This document shows, in pieces, positions 61,083 to 64,000 of a stretch of 64,000 nt of DNA (positions are counted from its first letter, which is position 1; every line of letters begins with the position of its first letter). Made by a program: the position numbers and the translations under genes. Source of the DNA: Candidatus Hydrogenedentota bacterium (GTDB taxonomy: Bacteria > Hydrogenedentota > Hydrogenedentia > Hydrogenedentales > SLHB01); NCBI GenBank assembly GCA_020848835.1, contig JADLHJ010000084.1, positions 86,914 to 150,913 on the forward strand, read 5' to 3'. The notes below the pieces were generated by a model. It was not told where the DNA came from. It saw only the letters and a list, made by a program, of their open reading frames with translations, and did not search any database.

Positions 61083-63767
61083 TTAACTGTTCGCGGGATT
61101 CAATTTGTTCGGATCGATCTCAAGCGTTTGCATCGCCTGCTTCACAACATCTTCCTTGATCTTGCCGTCGAGGTAGAGGCCATGCAGCGTGGCATAGGCA
61201 ATCCAGCGCGCATCGACTTCAAAGAAGTCACGCAACGCCTTGCGCGATTCGCTGCGTCCATAGCCATTGGTTCCCAACGACACGAGCCGCTGCGGTATCG
61301 CTTGGCTCAAAGAATCTGGCAGAATCTTCAGATAGTCTGACGCTGCGACGATTGGGCCAGCCTCGTTCTTCAAGCACTGTTCCACATACGACTCGCGCGG
61401 CTTTTCACCTGGATTCAGCATGTTCCAGCGGGCCGTATCGACGATGTCTTTGCGCAACTCTTTGTAGCTCGTCACGCTCCACACGTCCGCCGCCACGCCA
61501 AACTTCTCTGCAAGCAGTTCCTGCGCCTTCAGCGCTTCATTGAGAATCGACCCACTGCCAAGCAAGGTCGCTTTAAGTTTCAGTTTTTTCTGCGTCGAAG
61601 CGCGCAGCTTGTACATGCCGCGCAGGATGCCCTGCTCACTGCCCTCAGGCATCCCAAGCATCGGGTAATTCTCGTTGCCGACCGTGATGTAGTAGAAGAC
61701 GCTTTCCTGCTCTTCGTACATGCGGCGAATACCGTCGCGAATGATTACCGCAAGCTCGTACGCAAAGGTCGGGTCATACGCGATGAGATTCGGAATCGGC
61801 AGCGCCAGCACGTGGCTGTGACCGTCCTGGTGCTGCAAGCCTTCGCCCGCGAGGGTCGTGCGCCCAGCCGTCGCGCCAAGCAGGAATCCGCGGCAACGGA
61901 TATCGCCCGCCAACCAGATCAGATCGCCGATGCGCTGCAAGCCGAACATCGAGTAGTAAATGAAGAACGGAATCGTCGGAATGCCGTGTGTCGAGTAGGC
62001 AGTGCCCGCTGCAATAAACGACGACATCGATCCCGCTTCGGTGATTCCTTCTTCGAGAATCTGGCCGTCCTTCGCTTCTTTGTAGTAAATCAGCGTGTCG
62101 GAATCGACGGGCTCGTAGAGTTGTCCAACGTGCGAGTAAATACCAATCTGGCGGAACAGCGCTTCCATACCGAAGGTGCGTGCTTCGTCCGGCACGATTG
62201 GCACGACGTACTTGCCAATTTCTTTATGGCGCAATAGCTTCGACAAGATGCGCACAAACGCCATCGTCGTCGAAAACGCGCGGTCTTCGCTACCCTTATA
62301 AAACTCTTCGAACCACGCGTTGTCTGGCGTCTTCAACGGCGCGCATTTCGTCGCGCGCGTAGGCATGAACCCACCCAGCGACTCCCGGCGTTCCTTAAGG
62401 TATTTAATCTCGGGGCTATCGTCCGCCGGTCTGTAGAACGGCGCGTGCGCAACGTCTTCATCGGAGATCGGAATTCCGAAGCGCGTGCGGAATTCGCGCA
62501 ATTCGTCTTCGTTCAGTTTCTTCTGCTGGTGCGTGATGTTCTTGCCTTCACCACTTTCACCCAGGCCATAGCCCTTAATTGTCTTCGCGAGAATGACGGT
62601 AGGCTGGCCCTTGTGCGTAATCGCCGCCTGATACGCGGCGAACACCTTCTCCGGATCGTGACCGCCGCGCTTCAGTTTACGCAATTGCTCATCAGACATC
62701 GTGCGCGCGAGCGCCATCAGTTTCGGGTCGTTCTTGAAGAAATGTTCGCGAATGTATTTGCCAGACTCGACGGTGTACTTCTGGTATTGCCCGTCCACGA
62801 TCTCGCCCATGCGCGTAGCAAGCCAACCGTCCTTGTCGCGTTCGAGCAAGGGATCCCAATCGCCGCCCCAAATGACTTTGATGACGTTCCAGCCCGCGCC
62901 GCGAAACAGTGTCTCGAGTTCCTGAATGATCTTGCCATTACCGCGTACCGGCCCATCGAGCCGCTGCAAATTGCAGTTGATGACAAAAATCAGGTTGTCG
63001 AGTTTCTCGCGCGCAGCGAGCGTAATCGCGCCAAGTGATTCCGGCTCGTCCGTTTCGCCATCACCAAGGAAAGCCCATACCTTGTTGCCCGTGTCCTTTT
63101 TCATGCCGCGATCTTCGAGGTAGCGGTTGAAGCGCGCCTGATAAATCGCCATCAGCGGACCTAGGCCCATCGAAACGGTCGGAAACTGCCAGAACTCCGG
63201 CATCAACCACGGGTGCGGGTACGACGACAGCCCGCCATTGGGGTGCAACTCCGCGCGAAAATTCTCCAACTGTTCGTTCGACAGACGCCCTTCGAGAAAC
63301 GCCCGCGAATAAATCCCCGGCGCCGCGTGGCCCTGAAAATAAATCTGATCGCCGCTGTGGTCTTTGCCCGTGCCCCGGAAGAAGTGGTTAAAACCAACCT
63401 CGTACAACGTCGCCGCGGAAGCAAACGTCGAGATATGCCCGCCGATGCCCACTTCTTCGCGGTTCGCGCGCACAACCATCGCCATCGCGTTCCAGCGAAT
63501 GATGCTCTTGATGCGCCGCTCAATCTCGCGATTGCCGGGATATTGTGGCTGGTCTTCCGGCGCAATCGTGTTGACGTAAGGCGTGTTGCCGGTGAAGGGA
63601 AACTTCACACCCCGCGCTTCTGCGTGGGTCTTCAAGCGTTCAAACAACGCAATTGCGTGATCGTCACCCTGATGTTCGAGAATGTAATTAAAGGATTGGA
63701 TCCACTCGCGTACTTCGTCTTCCAATACGCCGTCGGGATCGTCGATAAGACGTGCTTCGCTACTCAC
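61083..63767 (-). CDS. aceE: Pyruvate dehydrogenase E1 component, homodimeric type
   Basis: 894 aa, AceE-like throughout, including the thiamine-diphosphate-binding region 'GDGETDEPE'. Confidence 0.9.
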   Translation of the reverse strand: MSSEARLIDDPDGVLEDEVREWIQSFNYILEHQGDDHAIALFERLKTHAEARGVKFPFTGNTPYVNTIAPEDQPQYPGNREIERRIKSIIRWNAMAMVVRANREEVGIGGHISTFASAATLYEVGFNHFFRGTGKDHSGDQIYFQGHAAPGIYSRAFLEGRLSNEQLENFRAELHPNGGLSSYPHPWLMPEFWQFPTVSMGLGPLMAIYQARFNRYLEDRGMKKDTGNKVWAFLGDGETDEPESLGAITLAAREKLDNLIFVINCNLQRLDGPVRGNGKIIQELETLFRGAGWNVIKVIWGGDWDPLLERDKDGWLATRMGEIVDGQYQKYTVESGKYIREHFFKNDPKLMALARTMSDEQLRKLKRGGHDPEKVFAAYQAAITHKGQPTVILAKTIKGYGLGESGEGKNITHQQKKLNEDELREFRTRFGIPISDEDVAHAPFYRPADDSPEIKYLKERRESLGGFMPTRATKCAPLKTPDNAWFEEFYKGSEDRAFSTTMAFVRILSKLLRHKEIGKYVVPIVPDEARTFGMEALFRQIGIYSHVGQLYEPVDSDTLIYYKEAKDGQILEEGITEAGSMSSFIAAGTAYSTHGIPTIPFFIYYSMFGLQRIGDLIWLAGDIRCRGFLLGATAGRTTLAGEGLQHQDGHSHVLALPIPNLIAYDPTFAYELAVIIRDGIRRMYEEQESVFYYITVGNENYPMLGMPEGSEQGILRGMYKLRASTQKKLKLKATLLGSGSILNEALKAQELLAEKFGVAADVWSVTSYKELRKDIVDTARWNMLNPGEKPRESYVEQCLKNEAGPIVAASDYLKILPDSLSQAIPQRLVSLGTNGYGRSESRKALRDFFEVDARWIAYATLHGLYLDGKIKEDVVKQAMQTLEIDPNKLNPANS

Positions 63768-63978
63768 GGTAAAAGCCTTTCCTCGCCGTCGGAGGCGTTC
63801 CTACAAAGGATAACGCCACGGAACGGCAGGTTGTTTCGCGACCATCACGCCAGACCATCCACACGGAGTTCACCCGTGAAATAGGCCCGTCGTGGCCAAA
63901 ACAACGCCGCGCGTCCCCCCGGAGAGCGGCAATTTGTCCAGGACATTTGCGAGGCTAAACCATTGCCCACGCATACAT

Positions 63979-63990
63979 ATACAATTGTAT
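63979..63990. promoter_or_regulatory. Perfect 12-bp palindrome ATACAATTGTAT about 210 bp upstream of aceE (candidate operator)
   Basis: The sequence equals its own reverse complement and lies in the aceE 5' region within an AT-rich patch. Confidence 0.25.
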
Positions 63991-64000
63991 GCGAATTGGG

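Noticed and set aside
1-64000. CRISPR arrays or tandem repeats
   Set aside because: No periodic direct repeats of 25-40 nt with unique spacers were seen anywhere. The inverted repeats found are isolated hairpins.

Overview
This is a high-GC (about 58-60%) bacterial chromosomal window made mostly of housekeeping and cell-envelope genes, with glycan-degradation genes interspersed. I found no CRISPR array, integrase or transposase.

Recognisable genes, in order along the window:
- 1-3.9 kb: a partial glycoside hydrolase-like ORF and a GH95 alpha-L-fucosidase.
- 3.9-8.4 kb: a YtxJ-type bacillithiol-system thioredoxin, queG, a GT2 glycosyltransferase, and an ECF sigma factor with a FecR-type anti-sigma.
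- 9.2-13.6 kb: a five-gene metal (Mn/Zn/Fe) ABC importer operon (9.2-13.6 kb) of the TroA/Mnt/Ytg class, with a standalone DtxR/MntR regulator and a second DtxR-like domain fused to the C-terminus of a permease (YtgCR-like).
- 14-17.5 kb: an HtrA/DegP protease followed by a catalytically degenerate trypsin-like paralog, then rpmB.
- 17.9-19.8 kb: a LolA-like lipoprotein and rlmN.
- 19.8-26.9 kb: a long minus-strand operon (19.8-26.9 kb): recA, an AsmA/TamB-like protein, an unknown protein, a SPOR-domain protein, panE and a DUF374 acyltransferase.
- 26.9-28.2 kb: a tRNA-Gly(CCC) sitting in AT-rich, ORF-free DNA.
- 28.2-33.0 kb: zapA with an upstream coiled-coil partner, pheS, pheT and yggS.
- 33.2-44.0 kb: a glycan-utilisation set (33.2-44.0 kb) made of a large unknown secreted protein, a GH106-like enzyme and a GH5-like enzyme, interrupted by an HDOD protein, a DUF72 protein, bcp and a membrane-anchored unknown protein.
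- 44.3-48.4 kb: a radA - unknown - disA - Zn-ribbon - PyrK-like operon.
- 48.5-51.2 kb: a PLP-dependent (Orn/DAP/Arg-type) decarboxylase and a TAT-secreted Gfo/Idh/MocA oxidoreductase.
- 51.2-55.3 kb: an ABC ATPase with an ABC-2 permease fused to a CPBP (CAAX-type) intramembrane protease, and an SDR oxidoreductase.
- 55.4-63.8 kb: uvrA and the pyruvate dehydrogenase genes lpdA-aceF-aceE.

The most unusual items are:
- the doubly DtxR-regulated metal importer with the permease-repressor fusion;
- the HtrA plus pseudo-protease pair;
- a GT2 gene whose conserved N-terminus lies upstream of any canonical start codon;
- the radA/disA operon with extra genes;
- the ABC-2/CPBP fusion transporter;
- a 750-bp structured non-coding region after the anti-sigma gene;
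- a missed small ORF at 13.65-13.83 kb;
- the AT-rich tRNA-Gly locus.

All family assignments are from reading the translated ORFs for remembered motifs; no database search was run.
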